Positions 1 to 14,195 of a DNA stretch of 64,000 nt are shown in pieces. Position numbers and translations under genes: made by a program. The DNA comes from Lama guanicoe. Taxonomy: Eukaryota. Positions within the stretch are counted from its first letter, which is position 1. Every line of letters starts with the position of its first letter. The stretch lies in NCBI GenBank assembly GCA_013239625.1, contig MU054187.1, positions 23,002,795 to 23,066,794 of the forward strand. The letters run 5' to 3'. Below the pieces are notes generated by a model. It saw only the letters and a program-made list of their open reading frames with translations, ran no database searches and was not told where the DNA came from.

Positions 1-479
1 AGGCAGATGGTCATGCTAAGTGGCTCAACCACACCTTAGCATACCTCTGCTCTTTTGAAAGTAGCATCGTTGCCCTTCATTTCATAAAAGACTGACAGAC
101 AACCAAACCTGTGAGTGTTCTGAGAGGGCCAAGGTTTATAGTTTAGGAAGAGAAGAACACAGGTAATGAAAGAATCTTGGAGCAAAGCATTTTTAAACAA
201 TTAAAAGTGTAAACCAAATTCTAAGGTCATAAAGGTAAACAAGTATGTGTACAATAGTATGTATATGATTCAGGGCTAGTATATATCAAAGGAGGAGAGG
301 CTATCAGGAAAGAGTTGACCCCCCCACCCCCAATACATGAGGAACAGGAAGGATATTGATGGATAAAAGTAGCATTTATATCCCATTTACAACATCACTA
401 ATTACCTCCAAGAGAGTAGTGTCAGGGCTGCGGGGGCAGAGGAGGACGGACAATAGCAGTAATAAATGAGTGTCTGATG

Positions 480-899
480 TGGAAGTGGAGACGGCCATTG
501 TTGTTGGAGGAGGCAATCAAGAGGGTGTGACCATCAGTTGACCCTGGAGCTGCACCTGGGCAGTTGGAGGTTCCTCACCCTCTCACTCGTCCTTGGAACG
601 TACACTCTGCCTACCATTCCCTCAGTGGGTGCTGTTTCAAGGGTATACCTTTGAGAGAATAAGATGCTGTTAAGGTTATCTGGATGTAGGACATGAGTAA
701 AGCCAGTTAAGGCATCTAAACTTTTAAGATTCTGGTGGATGGGTGAAGAGATTTGCCTATCTTGTGGCCACCCAAGACAAGCCTTGTAAGTAAGACGCCT
801 TGCTTGTTTAAACTGTAGCCTGTCCATCTGGAGTGGCCTGACTCTCTTCTTTGGTCACTTCCTGCTCTCCATGTAAGGGAGCCAGTTTGAAAATCAACA
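480..899 (+). mobile_element. Probable ERV solo-LTR remnant (family uncertain)
   Basis: GC-richer block with an LTR-like R/U5 tail (cttgcttgtttaaac...tctggagtggcctg...ctctcttctttggtc) ending in CA. The 5' boundary is uncertain. Confidence 0.45.
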
Positions 900-2319
900 A
901 GTGTGAACCACAAAGCCAGGGCTCAATAAAAAGTGATGGATCTCATGTTCCTATGAGGTGTCTTTCACATTGTTCTAAATGTCTTGCTTATTGTAGTAAT
1001 GAAATCAAAAGGTAAAGAATGCAGAACTCTTCTCCATTGACAATATGTGTAGAATTTTATCTCAAGTATGTAGAGATCAGAAGGGTGTACTTATAAATAA
1101 AATAATCTCTATATACTTCATATGAGGAATAATACATGAACAAACATAAAATAATTTTATATCATTGGAAAAGCCCTACCGAGCAAAAAGATAAGAACAA
1201 AACCATTACCAGAATTTGTAATTCAGGATTTTTGTAACTCAGAAAGGGAAAGTGTACTTTCTCTTAATAGATAAATAATATATTGAGCTACAGAGAATTT
1301 ACATAATTATATCTTAATTTAATTCTTTCTACTTTAATTAACAAGTATTAATTACAAAATAACATTGCTCTGTGGGAAAGAAATTAACAGTGAAAATTGA
1401 AAATAATAGACTCTGAATCAGCCAATCAGGAAAAAGAGATTCTGTGTAGATTATAGATGTTTGCATTATATACTGAAATAGGTGAAAAAGGTAATTTGTA
1501 TGACTCTGTGTAATTTATTTTGATACCCTTTCAGTTTTTTTTAATTTCCTTTCTCTTTTTGAGTACCTGCAAAATTTAAAAATGATCTGAATAAAATTAA
1601 AAAAAAACTATGTCCTCTAGCTTGAAAGTTTCTTAGAATAATGACACATTTCAAATCAAGTCCAGATTTCACATGAGGTGAACAAAAAATATTGAATGCT
1701 GCTTGCATTTTGTATATGTGACACCATATAGATGTTCTTTTAACTCCAAAAGAGAAAAACAAATGTAAAATTAATTTGGAATCCAGTAACATTTAACTCT
1801 CTTATATTTGCTTTACTTTTCATGTTTTGCCTTATCAAGTTAACTGTATTTCAAGCTTTTTAAAGAGCTTGATTAATAGTATTTGTTTTTGTTAGGAGTG
1901 GAAGCTAATCATTTAATTAAATTAAATAATTTAACTGGTTACTTTTGCTTTTACAGTTGCATTTTTAGATAGAAAGGACAATGAGATCAACTTTTCAATC
2001 TTAGGGGAAAAAACATATTTTCAATACCTCTAGAAATTTGACTAAAATATTTCTGAGACTATTTTTCAGTTGTATCTGTAAACCCATCTTATGTCATCAT
2101 AATTTTGGAGTTTCAGCAGATAAAAATTATTTTGTCAAAACTTAACATTACATGCCGTCTCCCTTAGGTAATGACTGATTAACAAGATCTCAAACAATTG
2201 GGACATTTTTGTTCATAGGAAATTATGTGTGCTTGTGTCTGTTACTCAGGGTATATTTTGATAGGGAAAAATAAAAAAAAACTATTAGTAACCCAGAGGT
2301 TAAATATTAAAATTTCATT

Positions 2320-2430
2320 TATATTTTTAATTGCATAAGAAACACAGAATGTGAGACCTATACAGCATTTGTAGTATACTGTATTTGTAACTGTAAGCAT
2401 AATGTTGCTCAGCCGATCTCTAGAGCTGTT
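2320..2430 (-). mobile_element. Short L1MA-like 3' end fragment
   Basis: Resembles an antisense L1MA 3' UTR (ttgtaactgtaagcataatgttgctcagccgatctctagag). Confidence 0.5.
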
Positions 2431-2434
2431 GAAT

Positions 2435-4796
2435 ATGTGATTAGTTACTTTTCTTTGCTGTTTTCAAAACTCTGTGACTTTTAACAGTTTCATTCTGTCT
2501 TTGTGTAAGTGTTCTTAGATTTATCCTAGTTGGAGTGAATTGAGCTTCTTGAATTTGGATGTCCATTGTTTTTCTTAATTTTGAGAAATTTTTTAGCCCC
2601 TTTTTTCTTCAAATAGATTCTCTGCCTACTAAGCTCCTTTTCCTTCTCCTCCTGTGACTTCTGTAATGTGCATGTGGTTATATGTGATGCTGTCCCACAA
2701 GTCCCTTAGGCCTTCTTCATTTTCTTCATTTTTCTTATTCTTTCTTCCTGTCCTCCTTTTTTTTTTTCTCCTGTGCCTCAGTAATTTTTAAAGTCCTATC
2801 TTCAAGATTGCTGATTCTTTCTTCTTTTGGTCTGTTCAAGGGCTGCATAGTCCCTTTAGAGGACTTTTCAATTGAATTATCTTATTCTTCAATTCCAGAA
2901 TTTCCAGAATGTCTGTTTGGTTCTTTTCCATAGTTTCTATCTCTGTTGATATTCCCATTTTATTCATGCATCATTTTCCTGATTTCACTGTGCTATTTTT
3001 CAATTTGTTCAACGTCTCTGTGATGGTTATCTTAAATTCTTTGTCGAGTAATTCATATATCTCCATTTCTTTAGGGTCATTCTCTTATGATTTAACTTAT
3101 TCTTTCGACTGGCCTACATTTTCCTATCTTTCGTATGTCTTATTATCTTCTGTTGGGACTTTGGAATTTGAAAAATCAACTACTTCTCCCAGTCTTCATG
3201 GCACGGTTCTACCTAGAGAGGACCTTTTCCAATCAGCCCAGCTGGATATTCTAGACATCTTGCATCTAGAGATCTGGGGATGTGTTCTCAGTGGTCTCAG
3301 GTGTCTAATCTTGTTGAAGAGGTTGCCAAGTTCTAATCAGGATTGCCATCTAGTGTCTGTCTGTGGTACTGTAGGTTCTGGTATGCATTGAGAATCTGTT
3401 CTCAGGGGGCCGCAACCAGGTACCAGATTCCTGTCAGAGCTTAGATTCAGACAAGACAGAACTCAGTTCCCTGGGCAGTCCTTTAAAAAAAAAATCAAAA
3501 CATTGTTTGTATGTTGCATTCCTTTCCCTACCCAGAGCAAAGCTGAAAGTTGGGGATTTCGTCTCCATCATGCCACGTCGTGACTCGCGGAGGGAGGGCC
3601 TCGCGCAAGCATCTGCCATGAATTTTCCTACCAGGTTTTATGTGATTGGCTTGTGCTTCACTGGGGTACAGGAACTTCTTAACTGGTTTGCGGATTTCTC
3701 ACAAAGGAAATTAATTAGTCCATGAAATGCTAATTCTGTGTCTCTCAGGGGTAAGGAGGACTTGAGGCTTCCTATTCCACAATTTCTCCTTGTTGAACAT
3801 ATTTATGAAGGTTATTTTGAATTTTCTGTCAAGTGATTCATATACTTTCATTTTCTTAGGCTTTTTTATGGAGAGAGATTTTGTTCCTTTGATTGAGTCA
3901 CTTTGTCATGTGTCTTCGTGTTTTTGTAACTTGGTGTTCATCGCATTTTTGAAAAAGCATCCGCCTCTCGCAGCCTTTATGGTTTCTGTTTGTACCTTCA
4001 GCAGTCAGCCCAGCTAGAGAAGCTGGGCGCCTCTTAAACCTTTTCTGTGGGTATGTCATCTCTGGATTTGTGTGTGTAGATTCCTAATTAGAAGAATTTG
4101 CCTTTATTTTTTCCCCACGAATGTATAATCTCTTGTCCTCTCTGCTGTCTGTGTGCTATACCACGGGTCTTCTGAAGCATCTACATGCCACCGAGTTCTT
4201 TTTTGTTCTCAAAAGATCCCTCACAGCTAGAGTATGCCAGGTACCATCCGTGATTTGAGAAAGTTGAGGCAGAAGCCAGTCCATCAGGCAGCCCACTGAA
4301 AAGTCAGAACTTTGGATATATGCATCGCTCTGCTTTTTCCCCCGAGGGAGAGGCCACCGAGCTGTTCTGGACTTTGTCTTCCATACCATGGATGTTATGG
4401 AGAAGCATAATGCTACTCAGATCTTATTTGTTCTCAGTGGCCCCCACGCATCTAGATAGAGTATGCTGGGTCTTATCAGCTCTCCCAGAGACAAGGCAGA
4501 ATCCAGTTCCTCAGAGCATGGAAGAGACAGCCCAGCCTTCTCTTTCCCATCCCCAGGGAGAAATCTAAAGCTGGGAGTTTTCTCCTGCTCATACGGAGAT
4601 GTGCTGGGGGGAGAGACTATGACAAGAGGGTGCCAGGAAGTTTTCACCAGCTTTGATGCAGCTGTTTTTTTGCTCACCTGGAGTATGAGTCTCTTAATTG
4701 GTTTCTGGATTTCTCACAACTGGAATTGGTCCATGGATTGTTGTTGAATCACTGTCTCTGTGAGGGGAAGGAGGGTCTTGGGCTTATTATCTTGCT
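2435..4796 (-). mobile_element. Old L1 ORF1 plus 5' UTR remnant; the 5' end is present twice in tandem
   Basis: T-rich antisense ORF1 sequence. Minus-strand ORF1-like peptides LDKEFKITITETLNK (~3005-3048) and DRKFKITFINMF (~3793-3831). L1 5'-terminus-like motif ggcttcctattcc at ~3766-3778. Confidence 0.75.
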
Positions 4797-5850
4797 CAAA
4801 ACTAATTGATTTTTATTCTGTAATTATAGTATACCTCTCTCAGAGATCATATTAAAAGTCAGTTCTAAAATTATTTTAGAAAATATTTTCTTAAACATGA
4901 TTATAAAAATAATATATAAGCTATGTATACATTTTTGGAAAAAAGAAGATAATAAAGCACAGGTAACTTATAATTATACACTTATAGACATCGGCAGTTA
5001 ACCTTTTCTTATATCTTTCCATGTTTTAATTCAGAAGCAAACACCTTTTGTATATTTTTAACCAGGGTCGAATATTAAAGAGTTAATGGAACTCATTTCT
5101 ACTGGCCATTATAAAATTAGTATATTCCATATCAATGGCAGTTTGAAAAGTTATGAATATTAGAAGAAACACAATATATTCTATGAATTATCATAATGTA
5201 TTTAAATATTTCCCTACTTATCATCATTTAAGTTGAATAAAATATCTTACATGCACAGTTTTGAGTACTTATGCATAAATACTTAACTGTTTACCAGATT
5301 ATTTCCTTATGAAAAATTCTTAGAATCAGAGCAATTTCATCAACATGTCTAAAATATTACATCATTCTTGAAACACGCTGAAGGTTAATTCTTATAAAAG
5401 CTCTAACAACTTCTTCGTACTCTTGGCTTAGATTTTTATTACAGTGTTAGTTTATGAAAGACCCTACTGTGCACTAGAATGATGTATAATATATAACAGA
5501 GGGAGAATCTTGCATCAGTGGGAAAAGGCTAGTATTATCTTAAAAATAAAAAAGTATTAGAAAATAATCTGTACACCTGTGAGAAAGTTTCAAGTTAGCT
5601 ATTTAGCCAGACATCATGTGGCAAACATTATTTAAAATGGATTGGTTATTAAGTTAAAAATAGCAAGAACAATAAGAAGAAACTATAGGTATACAATTTA
5701 TATTGAGTTGTTCAACATGTGAAAATCATGATATTAACAGGAAAGCACCAGTTTTAGAATAATCAACAACAAATAATATTATAAAAAAGGATTAATGTAG
5801 AAAGTTAAAAAAATCTAATGGCAAAAGCATGAATATTTCTGAGTGTAACA

Positions 5851-6037
5851 TGTACACACTTCTACTTATAAAATAGATAAACAAAGACCTACTGGATGGC
5901 ACAGGGAATTATATTCAGTATCTTGTAATAATCTGTAATGGGAAAGAATCTGAAAAAAGAAAACTCCATCACTTTGCGGTTCACCTGAAGCTAACATAAC
6001 ATTGTAAATCAACTATTCTTCAATAAGAAAAAAAAAG
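5851..6037 (+). mobile_element. 5'-truncated artiodactyl-type L1 3' end
   Basis: cacagggaattatattcagtatcttgtaataa...cacctgaagctaacataacattgtaaatcaactat followed by an A-rich tail. Confidence 0.8.
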
Positions 6038-7639
6038 CCAAAACCAAAAAAGCATCAGTAATTTACTTTTAAAAATAGAAATAGGATATATCATGTCTTT
6101 TTAAAGTTATTATGAAAAAAATATTGAAATGTTAAAAACAATTTCACACTTTATTCCTGTCAGAGTACTGTGTGCAAAAGCAAAGCGAGGTCATCAGTAG
6201 ATGTGCTGAAATGTGCTTTTGCCTAAATATTATATAGAGTGATTGAACTAATTTGAGGGTAAACAACCAGTTTTCTGAAGACATGTAATAAAATAAATAT
6301 TTTCACTCAGACAGCTTATCTACACTGGTTCAGATTATATTAAAATATACCAAGTGGAATATATATTGAATCAAAATTAATTATTATGAAATTAATGAGG
6401 TAAATCGTTATTTCAAATAATGAATAAATGTGATTGCAATGTGTGCAAGGTGCAGATGATAAATGCATCATACTATTTATATACTTTCTTGGGCAAGTCC
6501 ATTTATTATGTGATTATTCATCTCTGAAATAATGCTACTTAAGTAATTGAACTGAAATCAAGGTAGATGGTTAGGTAGTGTCAGAATGAAGTAGCTAATC
6601 AGCATATCCTTGTTAAATGGACAATTATCATGATTAACTATAATTTATGATTAAAATACATTATTATCAGGTGAAAACTAAGAATTTTTTCTTTTTCTAC
6701 ATAAATATGAAAATATTTTTCTTCTATTAACTTAATACTATTTGCAAAGTAGTATCTCTTGAAGATTAATGTGCATTATCTCTTTGGTCCTTTAACGAAA
6801 TCTGCAAGGTAAGTCATTTTGCCATTTCAACTGAAAATGAAATTTGATTCCAGATGTCAGGCTAAACACGATTGCTTACTTGTCCTAACACCCAGCATCC
6901 CACTGAAATGAAATATATACACCTGTCTATGTATTTCACAAGCCATCCATACATATGTGTGCTCAGGACTTATCACTGTGCTAAGAACAAGGAAAGGTGA
7001 TATCAGCGAGTCAGAGAGATGTTTGGAAGATGATACTCATGGATTTCTTACGTTATTTGAAATGTTTCCTTTTAAAGGTTTCTTTTTGCTTACCACATAG
7101 TCAGTCATGGGTAATGTCACCTAAATTCTCCTTTGGTGATCAACTCCTCCTGCACAGAAGGAAAGCCTCTGTGGATCTGGCATCTGACCCAAATGTACTT
7201 GCTACTACTTTTCTCCATGGAATAAAAATCCTAATTATGGCAATTATGAAGCTTGATCTATTCTGACTGTGGCACCATAAATATAATTGACTTTGGGCTA
7301 AATGTCACTCATTTCCACAAAACTATCTCTTTTACTACATCAACAAGAGTCAGTTTCATTATTAAAGTCAGCAAATCAGAATTCATACAAGAAACAATAA
7401 CTATACAAAATAATGGGAAATGTCACTTAAAATATAAAAATTTTGCATGTCCAGAAACGAACTAAGCAAGAAAAATGCAAACCCCTTATGAGGCAAACTA
7501 TATAACTTTGGAAAACGGTATTAAAAAGACTTGGAAAACAGAAATTAGATTGGAATATGATACATGTGTCATTCCACCTACATTAATATGAATTGAATAG
7601 AACGGAAATGAAAACCTTGACAGGATACTCTATGGGACT

Positions 7640-8050
7640 TGAGTCAGCTGGGATTCTGGCAGTAAATCACGTATTACGTGGGAATGATGGAAGACAGCTT
7701 AAGGAATGGATTACTTACAAGAGTGAGGGTAAGTTTAAGGGAAAGTAATAGAAGATGGTGAAGCACCCAGGGGCATGCAATAGTAGGAAACCATTACAAA
7801 GTCTAAGTCTAATGGGGAAAGGGAAGGGGAAATTATCAGAATCTGACTACGCATTGTAGCCATAGGCTTTCCTGTAGCAGCTGGGGTCTTTGGTACAGGT
7901 GTTCAGCCTCTGCGACACAGTGATCTGTCAAAATGGCATGGGGGAAATTAGTACGTCAAAATTTCTCTCTTATAATCTTCTTACTTTGGCTGCCATTGGT
8001 TAAATTCAACAACAAGCCAACAGAGTAGGGAAGTTAGAAAGTGTATCTGA
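7640..8050 (-). mobile_element. ERVL LTR remnant (LTR33-like) inserted in an old L1
   Basis: gatggtgaagcacccaggg...ggaaaccattac motif resembling LTR33; flanked by A-rich degenerate L1 sequence. Confidence 0.5.
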
Positions 8051-8069
8051 AGGGAACAAACATGAAATA

Positions 8070-10075
8070 TTCAGCATCATAATTTTATCTGGAAGAGCAA
8101 ACACTTAATACAGTCCAAGAAAATGTTGTAAAATTTCAATGGGGAAAGTTGTTTCACAGTTAATAAAACATATTCTAATGTTAAAATAATTGAGTGTTGG
8201 AACACAGGATCACAATAAAGTAAGTACAGAAAAGCCTTCCTAACTTTATATTAATTTATACATGATGGCAGGGACACTTCAAATCAATGGAGATAAAATG
8301 AAATTTTCAACAATTGTTTTGGGACTTTTATCCATTTGAGATGAAAATTCTTACCTAACACATTATTCAAATTATAAATTATAGGATCATTTAAATGTAA
8401 AAACCCCATATATTTATTGAAACAAAATATAGAATTATTTTATTAGTAATAATCTTCTCAATCCTTATAAAGAAGTTTTTAACAAGTTTGACCACACACA
8501 AAATAATAAAAATTATGTGGTAAAATTATTCTTAGGAAAGTAGAAGTATTTGTAATATATATAATGATGGAGAAAAAATAACCGTGATTTATAAAGAGCT
8601 ACTACAGATAAATAAGAAAAGATAAAATTTTAAGAATTAAAAATGGACAGTATATATAAATAAAAATCATAAAAATATACAAAGAGTAAATACAAAAATA
8701 AATGAATTATAACACTTAGTAGATATCAAGGACATGCCAATTAAAACAATAATTAGATTCCATTTTTTGATTTAACAAAATCTATCAGAATTTATTATTA
8801 TGTGTTATATGAGCAATTGAATTTATAGAAAATTTTACACATATCTGCAGATGTCCATGAAGGAAATTGATTGTAGCATATTTTTTAAATAGCAAATTTT
8901 GGAACCATTTAAAAGCTCAATTTTAGAAAAATGATTACCTGAATTGTGGTACCTCCATACTATGGAGTCTTTTAAAAATGATGACATTACTTACATATAT
9001 CAAAGTGGAAAGCTGACTAAGAAATACTGACAAGTGTCAAAGAGGAAATAACTAAAATGGAAGATCACACCACAGAAAAATGTTAATGGCATAGTGCATT
9101 TATTTTAAACTAACCAAGCAGTGTTAAACTGATGAAGTAATCATAATATACGGCAAGACAGAATTCAACTCAAAAATATTGTGATAAACAAAGAAGGCAT
9201 TATATATTGATAAAAGGAATAAGAGAGTAAGAAATGTGACCATTGGAAATACAAACCTCAAAGTGTATAAAGAAAGAACTAATGGGCTTATAAGGAGAAA
9301 TAAGAGTCACAATCAATGTGGTCAGGTTATACAACCTTCTCAGGAACTTAGAGACCTGAGATTAAATATTAAAAAAAAAGGACAACTAGAAACTGAACAT
9401 TACAATAAAAAATTCAAGCTTTTAGATATATGTAGAACTCCATATCCAACAGACCTTTTCCCCTAGCAAGTAAAAAATAAGGAATAATTATAAAAATATG
9501 TGTAATGGTCACATGGAGTCAATTGTAAAGCAACAGAAAGCAAAATAAGAAACCTTAAAATTAATTTTAAAAAGATACCAGAAGTATAGTTCCAAATATT
9601 TAGAAATAAAACAATGTATTGCTGTATCCCCCTGATTAAAAGGAAATTTAAAAAAAATCTTCCAATCAAATCATAATAAGATCCCTGCATTTCAGAATAC
9701 ATGAGATGTAGTTAGACCAGTAGGTAGGAAATATGTAGTGTTAAATGCATTCATCAGAAAATAAGAAAAAATAAATTAAAAAAATAATAAAGATGGAAAT
9801 CAATGACCTAGGATCAATAGTTCTTTGTGCAATAAAATGCTATTTAGAAAAAATTATTTACTAAAATTACAAGCAAATAAAATATAATAAAAGCACAATA
9901 AAGATTTCAGAATTATAAAAATGTTATAAAAAGTCTAATGTACTGAAAAACTAGATGCGAAAGATACATTTCTAAAAAATATAAAATGTCAAATGAAAGA
10001 GAACCATGAGCTAGAAAACTAGAAAAGACCAAGTCATTTTAAAAAAGAATGTTTTTAGTAATCAAAAAAAAAAAA
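8070..10075 (+). mobile_element. Highly degenerate L1 (L1ME-like) ORF2 and 3' fragments
   Basis: Strong A-bias with residual L1 motifs (atcaaggacatgccaattaaaacaataattaga; ttgtggtacctccatactatgga; gaaggcattatatattgataaaagg). Confidence 0.6.
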
Positions 10076-11652
10076 AGTCAGTTGTTCTATTGAATTCTCC
10101 CAAACTTGTAAGAAAAGTGTTTCTCTTACACAAGTCCTCCCAGAAATTACCCTTGTATTATTTAATATTTCATATGTAAGAATTTACATTATGGTAATTC
10201 CAGTGTGTGTGGTATTTGGAGGTCTGTATCTAGAGTGTGAGCTTCTGCTGACTCTTGCTCATGGTGTTTTCGTTCCTTTTGTGTTTTTTAATTAAGAGCT
10301 CAGACATGACTGAAACATCTGAAACACCTAAGGATCAAAATTTAGTATAAAAGCAGATTTGTATATAGTATTTACTTTGTTGTAGACACAGGTAAATGCA
10401 TTTTATATATTTACTAAAGCAGTCCTCAAGCATGAGGGAAATTAAATCCAGCATTACAAAGTAGTGCTCCAAATTCAAATAAAAAGAGAAAACCAAATGT
10501 GTAATTCTGAAAATAGCAGGCTCACTACAAGTTTATGTAACAAGAGCAGCAGTGTTAACCAAAGCAATGTATAACAGATCTTTGAGCATCAGTCCTCTTA
10601 AAATATGATGAATAAACAGCATATATGTAAAGAAGAAATATATAAATGTGGAATCAGTAAAATATATATACAAACCCCTACACCTAACATATAGATTCAA
10701 ATATATATATTCAGACCTCTAGTTTTGAGAATATATGTTCATAATGATGCCTATGTAAAATCAATCTATCTACCTATCTATCTGTATCTACCTATTAATC
10801 TATATATATCTATCATTTGCTGAGAATGGAAAAATAAAGAGAATTCAAAGTTGGAGACTAATGCCAGTTTAATTATCTAAGTCTAAGATTTAATCCAATT
10901 TTTTAAAGGAAGGGAATTGATGGTTAGTACAAGAATTTGTCCATTTTTTTGGAATATAGTAGAGAAATTTTTAGGAAGGAAAAATCTGACCCTTTCAGTA
11001 CAGGGCACAGAGGATAGTCTGAGTGTATCCTCAGCACTAAGAAGCGGAGGCTCATAAGAGAAAAGCAGAAAAGTGTGTCAAGAACAGGAAAGATTCATTA
11101 GCTCTGTTGACTACTAAAGAGAAAGCAGTTCAGGGCTCTTGGAAAATTCCTGATGAGGTGACTGTTCAATTTTTAAATTTTGATTCAAATAAACTAATAT
11201 TTAAATGCATGGGCCTTTGAAATGGATCCTTGATTAAAATGCAAAACAAATCATGTAATGCTTAACTTAACTTTACTGGTAAAATTTGGGGATATAGCAT
11301 TAGTTTTTTAGTTGAACATATATTACACTTGATAATATTTTTGTTTGGATTGACTATAGTTTTTCTGATATTCTATTTGGTTAATTTGGCTAATCAAGTT
11401 GATTAATTCTAAGAATCTCTTGTATTTTACAAGTGTAATTTTACTTTATATTTTCTATTTCATCATTTCACAGTCTGGTATGTGTCATGTGTACATGTAT
11501 ATTCAAAATATCTATAGTAATGTGGGTATATATATATGTTTATGTTTATAATAAAGTGGTGACTATAATTAATGGTTTGTTAATACATTTGGTAATATAT
11601 AAAATATGTACCATATTTATGCATAATTTAATTTTTGTATATATTTATGTAT

Positions 11653-11675
11653 GTGTGTGTGTGTGTGTGTGTGTG
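11653..11675. repeat. (TG)n microsatellite
   Basis: Read directly. Confidence 0.95.
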
Positions 11676-11985
11676 GTAATGTATATTTTATTAAGGGCTC
11701 ACTTTCCCTAAATAGCATCTTCATATATGTGGGAAATCTTTGAAGCCTGGATAAACATTAATATATACAGAAAGCATTTTTTCCAGGCATTTAGATTTGT
11801 AAAAACAGCACTATGATCAAAAATATTTAGTGTCTCTAGATGGTGTAGATTCTAGCCCCAATAATATGATCATGGTTAAGAATTTTCAGAGAGACTTTCT
11901 TTTCTCTTTTCCATTCCTTTTAGCACCACAGCTAAGAGGAAAACATTTTCATGAACTCTCTTTGTGAGGTGGGTGGGATTTTTCT

Positions 11986-13581
11986 TTTCTATTCTTCTTT
12001 AATCAAAGTACAGTCAGTTTACAATGTTGTGTCAATTTCTGGTGTACAGCATGACAGTTCAGACATACATATATATATATATATTCATTTACATATTCTT
12101 TTTCATTATAGGTTACTATAAGATATTAAATACAGTTCTCTGTGCTGTACAGTAGAAACTTGTTGTTTACATATTTTATATATGGTAGTTAGTATCTGCA
12201 AATCTAGAACTCCCAATGTATCTCTTCCCACCCCCTACCCTCCCCCACCCACAGTAACCATAAGATTGTTTTCTATGTCTTTGAGTCTCTTTCTGTTTTG
12301 TAAATAAGTTAATTTGTCTTTTTCTTTAGATTCCACATGTAAGTGATATCATATGGCATTTTTCTTTCTCTTTCTGGCTTACTTCACTTAGAATGACGAT
12401 GTCCAGGTCCATCCATGTTGATGCAAATGGCATTATTTTATTCTTTTTTATGGCCAAGTAGTATTCCATTATATAAATATATCACAACTTCTTTATCCAG
12501 TCATCTGTTTATGGACATTTAGTTTGTTTCCATGTCTTGACTATTGAATACAGTGCTCTATGAACATTGTGGTGCATGTATCTTTTCAAATTAGAGTTTC
12601 CTCTGGATATATGCCCAGGAGTGGGCCTGCTGACCCATAGGATACATTTATTTTTAGTTTTTTGAGGAATCTCCATCTTATTTTGCATGATGGCTGCTCT
12701 GAACTACATTCCCACCAGCAGTGTAGGAGGGCTCCCTTTTCTCCACACCCTCTTCAGCATTTATTATTTGTAGAGTTTTTGGTGATGGCCATTCTGACTG
12801 GTGTGAGGTGATACCTCATTATAGTTTTGATTTGCATTTCTCTGATAATTAGCGATGTTGAGCATTTTTTCATATGCCTATTGGCCATTTGTATGTCTTC
12901 ATTGGAGAATTGCTTGTTTAGGTCTTCTGCCCATTTTTGGATTGAGTTGTTTGTTTTTTTCTTATTAAGTTGTATGAGCTGTTCTGGAAGTCAAGCCCTT
13001 GTCAGTCTCATCTTTTGAAAATATTTTCTATTCTGTAAGTTGTCTTTTTGTTTAGCTTATGTTTCTTTTGCTGTGCAAAAGCTTATAAATTTAATTAGAT
13101 GCCATTTATTTATTTTTGGTTTTCTTTCTATTGCCTTAGGAGAATGTTGCTAAGATTTATGTCAGAGAATGTTTTTCCTATGTTTTCTTCTAGGAGGTTT
13201 ATAGTGCTTTGTCTTATGCTTAAGCCTTTAAGCCATTTTAAGTTTATTTTTGTGTATGGTGTGAGGGAATGTTCTAACTTCATTGATTTACATTTAGCTG
13301 TCCAGTTTTCCCAACAGCATTTGTTGAAGAGACTGTCTTTACTCCATTGTATATTCTTGCTTCCTTTATCACAGATTAATTGACCAAAAGTCTGTGGGTT
13401 TATTTCTCAGCTCTCTGTTCTGATCCACTGATCCATATGCCTGTTTTTGTACCATTACCATGCTGTTTTGATTACTGTATCTCTGTAGTATTGTCTAAAG
13501 CCTAAGAGGATTATTCCTCCAACTTTATTCTTTTCCTTCAGTATTGCTTTGGCAGTTCTGAGTCTTTTGTGATTCTGAGGC
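11986..13581 (-). mobile_element. Relatively young 5'-truncated L1 (end of ORF2 plus 3' UTR), ~1.6 kb
   Basis: Antisense ORF2 C-terminal motif IIREMQIKT (~12823-12849) and artiodactyl L1 3' UTR (gtttacaatgttgtgtcaatttctggtgtacagca). Possible target-site duplication (TSD) gggatttttct / gggctttttct. Confidence 0.92.
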
Positions 13582-13896
13582 GGGCTTTTTCTAGTTCACC
13601 CCCCAAGAATATTACTCTTTGAGCTTTTATGATGGAGGATATCCACATCTGATCCCTCAGACAAACATTGCCACTGGCTCTAGGGATTTTTAACCCCTGT
13701 AACTGCACTTTCTTTTTATTCATTTTTTTGTGATTTTTTTTTCCTTTTACCACCTCATATATTTAAAAATATTTTATCCAAAATTTTCAGTTAAGCTACT
13801 TTGGTTCATAAAAGCCTAAGTTATCATATTCTGAGCTTGCTTTTATGCTCAGTTAATCTTTTGAGGGAAATTGCCATTTAATATTGAGATCTTTCG

Positions 13897-14195
13897 TTTT
13901 CAATAAATATTTATTGAGTGGCTACTATGCAGATATATGAGTGAAGAAAAGATAAAGATTCTTGATGGAGCTTGCATTCTAGTCCCTAGAGGATATAATA
14001 CACAGTAAGCACAAGAAATAAATCAGTAAATTATAGTATGTTAGTTGGTAACAAAACTATGGGGCAAAAAGCGGAGTGGGATAAGGGAACTGGGAAAAAC
14101 AGATTAAACTGTAGGATAAAATAGACTGGAAATGGTAGATTTCATTGAGAGGGCAAAATTTGACCTAATATTTGAATCTGGTGACAGAGTTGAGG
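13897..14195 (-). mobile_element. L2 LINE 3' fragment
   Basis: ttcaataaatatttattgagtggctactatg and ggagcttgcattctagt motifs typical of L2. Confidence 0.75.

Noticed and set aside
2909..3391. Longest ORF (160 aa, hydrophobic)
   Set aside because: It is the antisense frame of a T-rich L1 ORF1/5' region, which explains its Phe/Leu/Ser bias.
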